A stretch of DNA of 63,132 nucleotides, filler included, from Chrysochromulina tobinii (Eukaryota), in assembly GCA_001275005.1 (NCBI GenBank). It is 8 parts of 8 records of this genome, joined end to end, with 100 filler letters (N's around TTAATTAATTAA, not from the genome) between each part and the next. Parts side by side here need not be neighbours in the genome. Positions count along the whole stretch, not along the records: positions 21,707 to 37,563 come from JWZX01001405.1; positions 37,664 to 48,565 come from JWZX01001406.1; 6 more parts are not named here. One strand, given 5' to 3'. Below the pieces are notes generated by a model. It had not been told where the DNA came from, searched no databases, and worked only from the letters and a program-made list of their open reading frames with translations. Shown here piece after piece: positions 36,792-48,665 of the stretch. Each line of letters begins with the position of its first letter. Position 1 is the stretch's first letter. Made by a program: the position numbers and the translations under genes.

Positions 36792-37563
36792 ATGGCGACG
36801 GTAGCGGCGATGTGGCTCAGCGCGACGGTCGCGCAGACTGCGCCGGCGAGTCCGTGCTCCCCCCAGCCGAGCAACAATTGCAAGTACACATGCGGTGGAA
36901 GTAAGTGCACTGCGTTCTCGCCCCGTGCGCCTCGCCCATCAGTTGTCTGAGGTTCGTTCCGAGCTTGCTGCGTGCACAGTCAACTATGACTTGTCCGCCA
37001 TCCAAAAAGCCATGAATAAGCCTGGCTACTTCTTGGATCAGGACGACCAGGCCCACTCGTACTTCTTCACTCCGTGCGGCCCTCTTCCCGCCAGCGTCAC
37101 ATGCACTTCGGGCTCGGGGACCAGCAATCCGATCGCGATGCAGTACTACGGCAGCGCTCCTAACCCACAGCCTCCCATCACCGACAGCTGCGGCTATCTC
37201 GGCAGCTTCGACACGCAGGTGTGCCAGGGCTTCGGCGCAAACCAGCTGCAGTGCAACTACCAAGGGGGCACGTCGGGGCGCAAGGTGTCGTTCATCTTCA
37301 ATGATGCCCCAACAGTCGGGATGCCTATGCCGTCAGAGACCAACTACCCGCAGTATCAGGTTGTGTTCTCCGGCCCCATCAAGACCACCGACCCGGAGCC
37401 GCCCGCGCGCATCGACTCGCCGGTCATCGTCATCATGTCGCACCCATACACGCCCAACACGAGCCTGCGCGCCTCCGACGCCCAATACGTCGCCCAAAAC
37501 GTCGGTGAGAGCTCTGGCAAGCAATACATGGCGGCGTCTTACGTCAAGTGGCTGGAGCTCGCG
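36792..37563 (+). CDS. Secreted MRH(mannose-6-phosphate receptor homology)-like domain fused to gamma-glutamyl hydrolase (peptidase C26); 3'-truncated; intron 36901-36979
   Basis: Signal-peptide-like N-terminus; YDLS..SYFFTPCG..CGYLG..YQGG..R...IF (MRH-like); PVIVIMSHP...YMAASYVKWLE matches the GGH N-terminus. Confidence 0.7.
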
Positions 37564-37663
37564 NNNNNNNNNNNNNNNNNNNNNNNNNNNNNNNNNNNNN
37601 NNNNNNNTTAATTAATTAANNNNNNNNNNNNNNNNNNNNNNNNNNNNNNNNNNNNNNNNNNNN

Positions 37664-40600
37664 AGGTGGGCGCCACCGGCGGCACTCTGACATCAGGCGA
37701 TGGCAGCGGCGGTGGCGGCGGCGAGGGCGATGGCAGCGGCATGGGGTCCTCCTCGGCGGTGGGGGCAACGCCTTTCAGGAAGGCATGAATCTCGCTGTGC
37801 TGTTTGGCCCTATCCACCGTGGCGGGAGCGCGCCGCGCCGCCACGCAGCCCTCCAGCGCTTTGCCGCCGCTGATGAGCTTGAGCGGTTCTTTTGCTGCCC
37901 TTGAGACTTCCTTCTTCCGGCTGAGCCTTGAGAGCGAGCCACCACCAGGAGGCTTCCTGGGCGGCCGCGCCTTTGCATCGGGCACGATCACTTCGGCGAG
38001 AATCTCCAGGTCGGAGTCGACGAAGCTGTCGTCCGAGCGCTCGTCCTCCGACAGAGCCTCGAAGCGACGGTCGTCGTCGTCGTCGTCGCTCTCCGAGTCG
38101 AAGATGATGTCGGTGCGCAGCGCACTCGAGCGCACGGTCATCGACTCCGTGCCCTCCTCGGTCTCCACTTCGATCTCATACGAGTGCCCCCATTCACAGT
38201 GGGCCGCCCGCTCCGAGGAGCGAAGCATCTGATCCCAAAATGCTGCGCTCTTCGAGAGCTCGGTCACCGGGCTCGCCGCAGACGAGAGCAGCGCCGCATA
38301 CGCCAGCTTCATGGCACCAGTGGCGAGCAGCCGCCATCGGTGCTTGTTGTGCGACAGTCGAAGGCCGTGGGGGTACTCGAAGTGGCCCCAGTTCAAGATC
38401 TGACGAACGACCGTGCCCACTACGGGGCGCTCGCCGTCGATCTCGAGGACGACCTCGTCGCCAATCGAGTGCTCGAACTCGTCGGGCGCTCCAAGCTCTT
38501 CGAATGCGTCGCGTGCACCGATGGCCTTGGCGGCGCCGCGACGAGGGCGCAGGCCGTCCGAGGCCTGTACGCGGCTGAGCGGGCCGCCGGGCGTGAGCTC
38601 GTCCCCATCGGCGGTCATGCACCTCGGACAGCTCTGCGAGCCGTACACGCAGCGCACATTGCAGAAGCCGCACGGAGCGCCCGAGGTATGGAGCTCAAGC
38701 TGCTCATGGCAAAACGACCACCGCTCAAAGTGCGCGTTGCTCAGGAGGTTGGCTCGGTACGGCCTGCCTGCGTCCGGCGTCCACGTGCCGTCGTCCTCGC
38801 GCCTCAGGTCGATGTCGACGACATGGTCAAACTCGCTGCCGGCTTCGGGCGGTCCATAGGACCGAACGCACCCCGCGTACACGCCCGACTGGCCATCAAT
38901 TTTCACGGGCTTCTCCTTGGTGCCCAGCACCACCCTCCATCCGACGAGCACATATCCATATCCCTGCAGAGGGACGCCCTTGATGTTCCGGCGCAGTGCC
39001 TCGAGTCCTTCCTTGTCAGGGCGGACAATGGGCACTTCGACCGCCGCGTGCAGATTGGCCGAGGTGGGGGGGAGGGTCTTGCGCTTGCTGTGGCTGTGGC
39101 GCCCGCTCTGAAGCTGCTCACACTTGATGGCCACTGATTTGTTGTGCTCGGCAGTGGCCGCCTGTTTGCGCAGCAGCTTCGAGCGCGTGTCGCGGCGGGT
39201 TTTGTCCTTCGCGGCATGCGCCTTCTTGAGACCGTTGATCAACGCCCGGGCGTGGGCGACCGCAGCCGATTGGGCCTTGGCCATCTGTGCCCCCATGGAT
39301 TTGCTTGCCTCTTCGAAGGCTACGTTCGCCGCCCCCTCATCCGGTGGCGGTGGCTGACCATGGATGTGGGCTAATGTTTCGTTCAGCTGGGCCATGGGCT
39401 GGAGCGCAATGGCCCGACACCAGCTATGCCAAACGAGCTTGAGGTAGCTCAGAAGGTGGGCGTACTCGACACTGTGGGCAGAGAGCATCGCCGTGCCCTC
39501 CTGGCACACGCGCTCTCGCAATGCGTGTGCCTTCGAGCGCAAACCTCTTGAGCGAACGAGAGATTGAATCCGGCGCGCAGCCGTTGCACGAGCACGGGCC
39601 GTTGCATGCTCGGCCGCCTGCTCTGCCGCCTCCCTATCTTTTGCTCTTTGGGCATCGGACTTTGAGGACAAGCAGTGCGCGTACCATTGTTGTGCCCCCT
39701 GTGGCTGCTCCGAGCTGCGCGGCGAGGCTCGGCGAGCCTCGTTCGCCGAGGTCGAACGCGTGCGCTTCGCAGCCTTGGCAGAGGCGCCCGACGCGCCCTC
39801 GGCGGCCGGCTGCACGCGTTTCGTGCCGGCCGTGACCCCGGTCGAACGCGTGTGCTTCGCAGCCTTGGCAGAGGCGCCCGACGCGCCCTCGGCGGCCGGC
39901 TGCACGCGTTTCGTGCCGGCCGTGACCCCGAGGTCGCTCGTGGAGGAGACGTGTGCCGCCGGGTCGTCCCACTCATCGTCGGCGTCGTCGAAGTCGGGGG
40001 CACCATCAGGGGCGTTGGCATCGAGCCGGGCTACCTCGTCTCCTGCTTGCTCGTCCACCGCCGGCGCCGCCACCTCGGCCGCCACCTTCTCGGCGTCTGC
40101 CTTCTCGGGCGCAATCTTCTCTGCCGCCGCCTTCTGATCTGCCTCCATCTCGGCAGTTGTTATCTCGGTCGCCGCTTTCTCGGAAGCCGCCGCTTTCTCG
40201 GAAGCCGCCGCTTTCTCAATTGCGGTGGCTATGTCGTCCACCTCCTTCTCTTCCGCCACCTTCTCGGCCGCCGCCAAATTGGCCGCCGCCTTCTCGAAAG
40301 CCACCTTCTCGACAGCCGCCTTCTCGGCTGCAGCGGTTTTCTCGGTCGCCGCCTTCTCGGCCGCCGCCTTCTCGGCCGCCGCCTTCTCGGCCGCCGCCGC
40401 TGCCTTCTCCTCTGCCGCCTTCTCTGCCGCCGCCTTCTCGGTGGCATCCTTCTCAACTGGTTCCATTCGCTTCAGAATAAAGTAGTGCTGTGCTGCTTGG
40501 TCGTGAGCCATGTACACGTCGTACGTCTCGACGTCGCTTATCAACGGCGCGAAAGTTCTATCGCGATTTTCGGACGCGCCGCATACCCTGATGCACACGT

Positions 40601-43600
40601 TGAAGGTGTTGGCCGCCGCGATCAGTTCGATTTCACCCTCGACGTACGTGCCCTCTCTTGACATAAGGTCGACATACGAGTCATAGTCCACGTCGTGCAC
40701 AAACTGTTCGAACTCTTCGCGGTGCTCACGCATGTACCGAATAGTCTCTTGGCGCGCACGACCGTGTTCCTGTTCCTGTTCGTTTGGTTCGTCCCATTGC
40801 AACTGCTTCGCAAGCGCACGGAAGAAGCAGTTACCGTCACCCACCACGTCCACTGCTTGCCAACCGTGGGCTTGGAGAGCATCAAGGCGACGACGCAACG
40901 CGGGCGGCGCCTTCTCGGCTGCAGCGGTTCTCTCAGCCGCCAACGCCTCCTTGGCCACCACCTCCTCAACGGCTGCTTTCTCGGGCGCCCTCGTCCCGGC
41001 CGCCGCTATCTCGGCAGTGGCTATCTCGGCCGCCGCTATCTCAGCCGTTGCTATTTCGGTAGACGTTATCTCAGCAGCTGCTCTTTTGGCCGCTGCTCTC
41101 TCGGCCGCCGCTATCTCAGCAGGTGCCTTCTCAGCCGCCGCCTTCTTGGCCGCCGCCTTCTCGGCCGCCGCCTTCTCGGCCGCCGCCTTTTCGGCCACCG
41201 CCTTCTCGACCGCAGCCTTCTCCTCCGCCGCCTTCTCGGCCGCGGCCTTCTCGAACGCCGCCTTCTCGGCCGCCGCCTTCTCGGCCGCCGCCTTTTCGAC
41301 GGCTGCCTCTTCCGGCGCGATCTTCTCGGGCGCGATCTTCTCGGCCGCCGCCCTCTCCGCCGCCGCCTTTTCGACGGCTGCCTCTTCCGGTGCGATCTTC
41401 TCGGGCACGATCTTCTCGGCCGCCGCCTCCTCGGCCGCCGCCTTCTCGACGGCTGCCCTCTCCGCCGCCGCCTTTTCGACGGCTGCCTCTTCCGGCGCGA
41501 TCTTCTCGGGCACAATCTTCTCGGCCTCCGCCTCCTCGGCCGCCGCCTTTTCGACGGCGGCCTCCTCGGGCGCGATCTTCTCGGGCGCGATCTTCTCGGC
41601 CGCCGCCTTCTCGGCTTCCGCCTTCTCGGCCGCTGCCTTCTCGAACGCCGCCTCCTCGGCCGCCGCCTTTTCGACGGCTGCCTCTTCCAGCGCGATCTTC
41701 TCGGGCGCGATCTTCTCGGCCGTCGCCTTCTCGGCTTCAGCCTTCTCGGCCGCTGCCCTCTCCTCCGCCGCCTTTTCGACGGCTGCCTCTTCCGGTGCGA
41801 TCTTCTCGGGCACGATCTTCTCGGCCGCCGCCTCCTCGGCCGCCGCCTTTTCGACGGCTGCCTCTTCCATCGCGATCTTCTCGGTCGCGATCTTCTCGGC
41901 CGCCGCCCTCTCGGCCGCCGCCATTTCGGCCGCTGCCTTCTCGAACGCCGCCCTCTCGGCCGCCGCCTTCTCGACGGCTGCCCTCTCCGCCGCCGCCTTT
42001 TCGACGGCTGCCTCTTCCGGCGCGATCTTCTCGGGCACAATCTTCTCGGCCTCCGCCTCCTCGGCCGCCGCCTTTTCGACGGCGGCCTCCTCGGGCGCGA
42101 TCTTCTCGGGCGCGATCTTCTCGGCCGCCGCCTTCTCGGCTTCCGCCTTCTCGGCCGCTGCCTTCTCGAACGCCGCCTCCTCGGCCGCCGCCTTTTCGAC
42201 GGCTGCCTCTTCCAGCGCGATCTTCTCGCGCGCGATCTTCTCGGCCGCCGCCTCCTCGGCCGCCGCCATTTCGGCCGCTGCCTGCTCGAACGCCGCCCTC
42301 TCGGCCGCCGCCTTCTCGACGGCTGCCTCTTCCGGTGCGATCTTCTCGGTCGTGATCTTCTCGGCCGCCGCCTTCTCGGTCGCCGCCTTTTCGACGGCGG
42401 CCTCGGTCGCCGCCTTTTCGACGGCGGCCTCCTCGGGCGCGATCTTCTCGGGCGCGATCTTCTCGGCCGCCGCCTTTTCGACGGCTGCCTTTTCGACGGC
42501 GGCCTCCTCGGGCGCGATCTTCTCAGGCGCGATCTTCTCGGCCGCCGCCTTCTCGGTCGCCGCCTTTTCGACGGCAGCCTCCTCGGGCGCGATCTTCTCG
42601 GGCGCGATCTTCTCAGGCGCGATCTTCTCGGCCGCCGCCTTCTCGGTCGCCGCCTTTTCGACGGCGGCCTCCTCGGGCGCGATCTTCTCGGGCGCGATCT
42701 TCTCGGGTGCGATCGTCTGCGCTGCCGCCTTTTCGACGGCTGAGCTCACTTCCATCTCGAGCGCGCCTGTGGTCACATTGTTGACGAGCACTCAGAGGCA
42801 CTCTGAGGCCATCAGAGGGCCAATCAGAGCTCGCGGCCATCCCGAGCGCGCCCTGGATGGTGGCCATCGTTATCCCGTCCGTGTCGAGTCGACTTAGCTC
42901 TCTACTTGCAATCACAATCTCCACTTGCAATCACAGTCTCCAATGGAAATCACAATCCTGAGCACACCTTGGAGCGTATTCATCACCGCCCCGTCGGTGA
43001 TGGCTTCCTTGAGCCGCTCCATGAGGTCGACTAGCTGTTCAAGTGTGATCGTACGCCGTTTCTCGAGTGAGATGATCGCCTCCTCGGTGTCCTCCGAATT
43101 GGGGATCGCCTGGAGCTTGTCCTCGAGAGCCCTGGCCGCCGCCTTCTCAGTTGCCTCTGCTCTCGCTGCCTTAGCCGCCGCCTTCTCGGCCTCAGCCGCC
43201 GCCTCCGCCTCATCTCGTTGGAGAGCACGTCGTTGCACGCGTATGGCATGGCTCGGGCATCTCTTTCGCTTCCTCGAGCGCCCCTCGCCTGATTCGACCA
43301 ACGGATGTTCGTCGTCTGCAGTACCCGCCCACGCTGCTCCTCCTCCTCCTCCTCCTGCTACTGCTGCTGCTGCTGTTGCTGCTTTGACAGCTGCCGCTGC
43401 TGCTCCCGCTGCTGCTGCTGCTCCTACTCCTTCTCTTTTAGCTGCTGTTGCTGAAAATGACGAGGGTGATGAGGCTGTCGGCGTCGAGAGGGGCACGCGT
43501 GCGCCACATCCTTGTGGCGGTCTCGAATGGCGGCCGCGAGGAAAGCAATGTCGGCCGGGCGGGCGGCCGGCATTCGCAGCCGGCGAAGCCATCGGCATCG

Positions 43601-43670
43601 CAGTGCGTTTTTCTCCGAAACGAACGGCGCTGTCTTGGGCAAGTAATTCAGCAGTTTCGTCGTGGTCCAT
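37664..43670 (-). CDS. Very large protein: ([10 protein letters not shown])n repeats flanking an OTU cysteine protease (~40480-40880), with a CxxC...CxxC motif; 3'-truncated; probable GC-AG intron 42851-42767; upstream exons uncertain
   Basis: OTU motifs [12 protein letters not shown]..., G.IELIAAA..F, and QHY, with the D/C/H triad intact; 1727-aa ORF; CGFC...CPRC. Confidence 0.8.
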
Positions 43671-43941
43671 CCGCGTTCGCCACACTTCTATATTTCGTAA
43701 AGCGGATGGGGGGAGACCACGACCGAGACGGCCATCATATTACATAGAGCTTGGCTGCCATAGGGTGGGGGTAAATTTAACCCGAGGGTCCGGAACCTTA
43801 TACTTTTTCTTCGTTACCGTTTCACGAGAATCTCGCCAAGTGGCAACTTTTACCGCCGTATTTACGCCCACATCTTGTCCGGTCCTTATTACCGTTTTAC
43901 CGTAGCATACAATTTTATCAAAGGGCGGGGATCAAGTCAAG

Positions 43942-46900
43942 TCAAGTCAGGAAAGCGCGGTGAAGGCGGTGAGGGCGGTGGCGGCGAGGGCGGAGGCGGC
44001 GGCGGCGAGGGCGAGGGTGATGATGGGGGAGATTGGGCGGCGGGGGCGAGGGCGGAGGCGGCGGCGGCGAGGGCGGCGGCGAGTGGCGAGTGCGATGGCG
44101 GAGGCGGAGGGGGCGAGGGTGTTGGCGGCGACGGAGGCGGTGACGGTGTGGCGGAGGCGAGGGTATAGTGGCGGGGAGGGTGGTGGTGGGGAGGGCGGCG
44201 GAGGCAAGAGTGGCGGAGGCGAGGGCGGCGACAGCCAGGGGGGCGGCGTCGAAGATGGGTGCGTCGGCGTGCAGCTCGCGCAGCCCGGCGGCGGCGGCGA
44301 TGAGCGACGTGACGTGCTCAACACTCAGCCGGTTGCCGATCAGAGAGTGGTGGCGCAGCGAGGTGCATCGAGGCAAGGCGTCGCATAGGAGCGACACCGC
44401 CTTGGCCGCTCATTAAGCTCATCGACACCGATACGCCTGATCGCAGCTCGCCCACGGGCATCACCCACTCGCCCAGCCTCAGCGTCTGCAGCGCGCGGCC
44501 CGCCGAGACGAGCGCGAGCGCCTCGTCTGTGCCCACCTCGAGGCCGCCGAGGTCGAGGTTGCGCAGGTGCGCCGCGAGCGTGTGCACGCTCTGCACCAGG
44601 TCGGCGCGCACCTCGGGGCCGAAGACGCTCCCATCCGAGCTGGGCCTCAGCCCGCCCATCCGCAGCTCGACCAGCGACACAGCAGGTATGAGAGCTGCGA
44701 CGACCATGCCGCCCTCATCGCCGATCTCCTTGTCCTTCAGGTCGAGCTCGGTGATGGAGTCGGCGCGCATCTCCTTGATCGGGATCCCGTTGAACATCTC
44801 GATCTTGAGGTTGCCGATGACTTCGGCTGAGAGCTGCGCAGCGCTGTCACCCGTGATGTTGTTGCCGCGCACGTCGATGCGTGTTAATGAGCCCGTAGCA
44901 ATGTCCGATGCGAAAAGGATGATGTCCGCTGGGCCGAGGCTCGCTTGAGCCGGAGCCGGTCTTCCAAACATATCGCCTCCCAAATTTGAAAACTGATTGG
45001 CAAAGTCGGCCTCCTTCTGGTCGCGTTTGATGCCAAAGAGCATGATGCCCTTCATGACACCGATCTTGGCGAGCACCTTGGCCGACTCCCTGTTCAACTT
45101 GTTGCCGCGCAGGTTGCACTCGGTGATCATTGTAGAAGTAGAGAGGTACTCAGCCAGTGGCGTAGCGATCCCAGGGCCCAAGTTCTCGCCGGACAGGTCC
45201 CATGCAGTGATCTTGCTGGTGGGGCTGTCGCGCAGGGCGTTGAAGATGCTGGTCCAGCCCTCGTCGCCCAAGTTGTTGCCGCACACGTCGACGCTTGTTA
45301 GCAGAGCAGTTACCGCGTGGCCGCTCTGCAGCAACCCGCAGAGCCGCTCGAGGGCCACTCTGTTGGCGCCGTTTGCGGTCAGATCCGTCCCCTTGTACGA
45401 GAGCGAGGTCACGCTCGGACTCAACGCCCAGCATGCGACCGCGAGGGTTTCAGGGCTCGCCTTGACGCCCTCCAGGTTGATGCTCAAGGGCACCTCCTTA
45501 GCGGCGGCGTGCCACGCGAGGCAGCAGAGCCCGTCGGCCTCATTGCGCGACATTGTAAGAGCAAGAGCGGGATCGGGAGCGGAAGTGGCACCGCCGGACA
45601 GACCGGCACCGCCAAAGCCGACAGCACCCCCGCCGAAGCCGACAGCACCCCCGCCAAAGCCAGCAGCAGCACCCCCGCCAAAGGGAGACGGCGCAGCTCC
45701 AAACAAATTTGGCTGTGCGGCTCCAAGGAGGCCACCGCCGCCGAGACCTCCCGCCGCTGCAACGCCGAATGGTCCCACTGCGGCGCCAAACGGGTTCTTC
45801 GGCGCTGCCCCGAAGGCATTTGGGGCTTGGCAGGCAGGAGCAGGCGCTGCCCCAAAGGGGGATGGGCCAGCTCCGAAAGGCGTCGTTACCAGCGCAGAAG
45901 CAGCCCCAGCAGCGACAAACTGCGACGCGGCGGCGGCAATTTCCTCGCCACCGCCGTCCAGCTCACGTAGCAGCGCCTCGGCCTCCGTGCCAAGCCTCTG
46001 CTGGAGCCAAGCCCGTGGCCGCGCCGCGAGCGCCTTCAGCCCCTCGGGCCAGCGAGAAATACCATCTGCGAGAGCCACCGCCTCCTGGATGGCGTCGCCG
46101 AGCGGGCCGTTCTCATTGTAGTGCGTCACCTCGTGCTCGGCGAGGGGCGCGAGCATGCCCTCGAAGAAGCGATCCACGGCCGGGCAGCGGCCGTCGGCGT
46201 CGCGGAGTCGCACCCACGCCGGATTGGTCTCGACATCACGCTGCGCGCCGCGCCGCAGCTGCTCGACCATGTCGCGCACGACCTTCTGCCGTTTGCCGAG
46301 CACCTGCTCAATCGTGAGCGCCGTCAGGTTGATGGAGAAGCTGCACTCGATCACAACGACCGAACCATCGATGCGTGTGCGCAGCACCTCGATGCCGGTG
46401 AGTGGCCCAAAGCTGCACATGCCATGCACGGGAGCGAGAGCGATCCGGCATGCAATCGGGCGCGTCAGGATGCACAAGGCGAGCGCGTGCGCAGCGGCGG
46501 GACCGCACAGAGATGCAATCGGGGACGGGTTGTCACATCAGAGAGGAGGTGGTGTGCGCGCACAGGATCTCTCTCTCGTGCGGGTACTGCGAGAGGCGGC
46601 TGATATCGGCGCCCCGATTGACCATGCCCTGCTGCACCTCGATTACGATGCCCATGCATGGAGCTTGTTTTGCGCCCCGGCCATCCGACGCATACCCCAT
46701 GGCTACTGCTTGCTCCGTGGTCGTCGACATGAAGGCCTTCTCGACGCCGCCTCGCACGCCGAACTCGTTCGGGATCCAAAACTCGCTCGGGAGCTTCATC
46801 CCGGCGATGCCGCGGTAGACCTTGATGGCCTTGGTGAGCTTGCCTAGCTTGATGATCGCCGAGTTGATGGCGTGCAGCGTCGTCGTGTACTTGTTCAGCG

Positions 46901-48098
46901 ACTGCTTGGCCACCTCGAAGGCGATCTTGCCCGCCGCCACCAAAAAGAGCTTGTCGCGCGGCATCGAGCCGAGGTACGCGTCGGCAACGTCCTTGGGGCA
47001 GCAGAGGCTCACCATCTGGTTGCGTAGGAAAGGAATCTCGGATGCGAGGCCGCGGAGCAGAGCATTATACTTGACAAACATCGGCCCCGTGTATAAACAC
47101 GCGGCGATGATTTCCTCCAACATCAACTCGGGCTGGTTGGCCTCACGAAGATGCCGGTTGTTGTCGGCGACGGCCGCCTCCAGTGCCTCGAGAGAGCGGC
47201 GCCGCCGAGCGCACGCCCTGTCGGGCAACTTTGCCGCGGACTCGATCGGCCAGCACGGGATACGAAGCTGCTCGGGGGTCACCTCCGCACTTGCCACGAA
47301 ATGCCACTCGATCCGCGACTGCGTCTCCACGCCGTAGTTGCTCGTGGTGAAGACGTCGGACGACTCGGTGCCGGGGCCTTTCAAGTGGTCGTTCCGGATC
47401 CCCTCAAGCACCTTGGGATTGGGCGAGCCCACAATGCCTTCGAGGCCCCCAAAGAACGTATCGAGGGTCGAGTACGAAAGCGCCACCGCTCCGGCAAACT
47501 TGCTCTCCAAGTTCTTGCTCGTCGCCGCACCCACACTCTGCAGCGTACGCACCTCGTTCCAAACCATATCAACCACGGTGGCCAGAAAGGCCCTCGTGCC
47601 GAGGAGCTGGGCGACCTGCTCGCGCGATTTCAGGCCCTTGACATACTCCAAGGCAGCGCCGGGATCGCTGGCCCGCTGCTCAGCTGCCAGCGGGGCTAGC
47701 AGCGCCGCCGCGACCGCGCGATGCACGCACACGCCCTTGATCCACTCGACGGTGCGCCACTCCTCCGTAGGGCTCCCGTCCTCGTCCGCAAGGAGCTCGA
47801 GAGTGACGTCCTCGGCTTCAACTCCTTGAGCTCGTGATGCTGCGTCTGCCTGTTGTGTTGCTGCGGGCGGCGGCGATGGAGGCGTCGCAGCACCTTGCAG
47901 TGTTGCCACCGTTGCGGCGAACGCCTGGGCTGCCTCGAGCTGCGCCTTGAGCTGCGTGACAGTGTCATTGGCCAGTCGCCTCGCGTCCTCGACTGCGTCC
48001 TCCTTCAGTAGTCTGATCTCACTGGCAGCGGAGCTGAACTGAGCCCCGCCCTCTGCCAGCTTCTGCTCCACCTGTCGCACCCTGGCCGCTGTCGACAT
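43942..48098 (-). CDS. Coiled-coil - ADP-ribosyltransferase (R-S-E clade) - FG-rich linker - RNI-like LRRs; intron 46563-46413; frameshift near 44410
   Basis: LYTGPMF..YN, KVYRG, FMSTT and SQYPHEREIL|FGPLTGIEV (after splicing); LRRs such as LTSVDVCGNNLGDEG, ITECNLRGNKL, LTRIDVRGNNI; the last LRR (CDALPRCTSL..GNRL) is in another frame. Confidence 0.8.
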
Positions 48099-48665
48099 GT
48101 CCCGTAAGTCGGCACACACCACCAGGTCGGAACTCCGCTCGCTTTTCCCACAGAACACAAATTCACAGTCACACCAACACGTATGAACGAACTCTCGCAC
48201 TCTCCGCTTCTCATGCTCGCGAGGTAAAACGCGTATCGCGCTCGCAGATACGGTTCTGTCTCCAACGGCCGAGCGGAGGTGAGTTTCTGGACACGTATCG
48301 TATACCTGCCCTTCCCGGTTCCTGCCGGCGGGGCCATATTGTCGCCTAACGCCGCGCTCATGATCGTCGCCGAATAGGGCCTGCGGCGACGATCGGCCGA
48401 TGGAACTCGGCCTCGGGGCCTCGGTGATCGGGGCCTGCGGGTTAGCCTGCGGGGCCTCTGGCTGCGGGGGGGAATTCGAGATACATGTATCTCAAATGCA
48501 TCCAAGCGCCCCCGCAAGTAGGGCTCGAGATACGTATCCTCGAATGTATCCCTTTGTATCTGACANNNNNNNNNNNNNNNNNNNNNNNNNNNNNNNNNNN
48601 NNNNNNNNNTTAATTAATTAANNNNNNNNNNNNNNNNNNNNNNNNNNNNNNNNNNNNNNNNNNNN

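Noticed and set aside
40695..42897. Long + strand ORFs (682 and 721 aa) and similar poly-Ser/Ala/Arg ORFs at 23118-23823, 27198-28250 and 32535-33539
   Set aside because: They are antisense or alternate-frame shadows of GC-rich repeat-coding genes.
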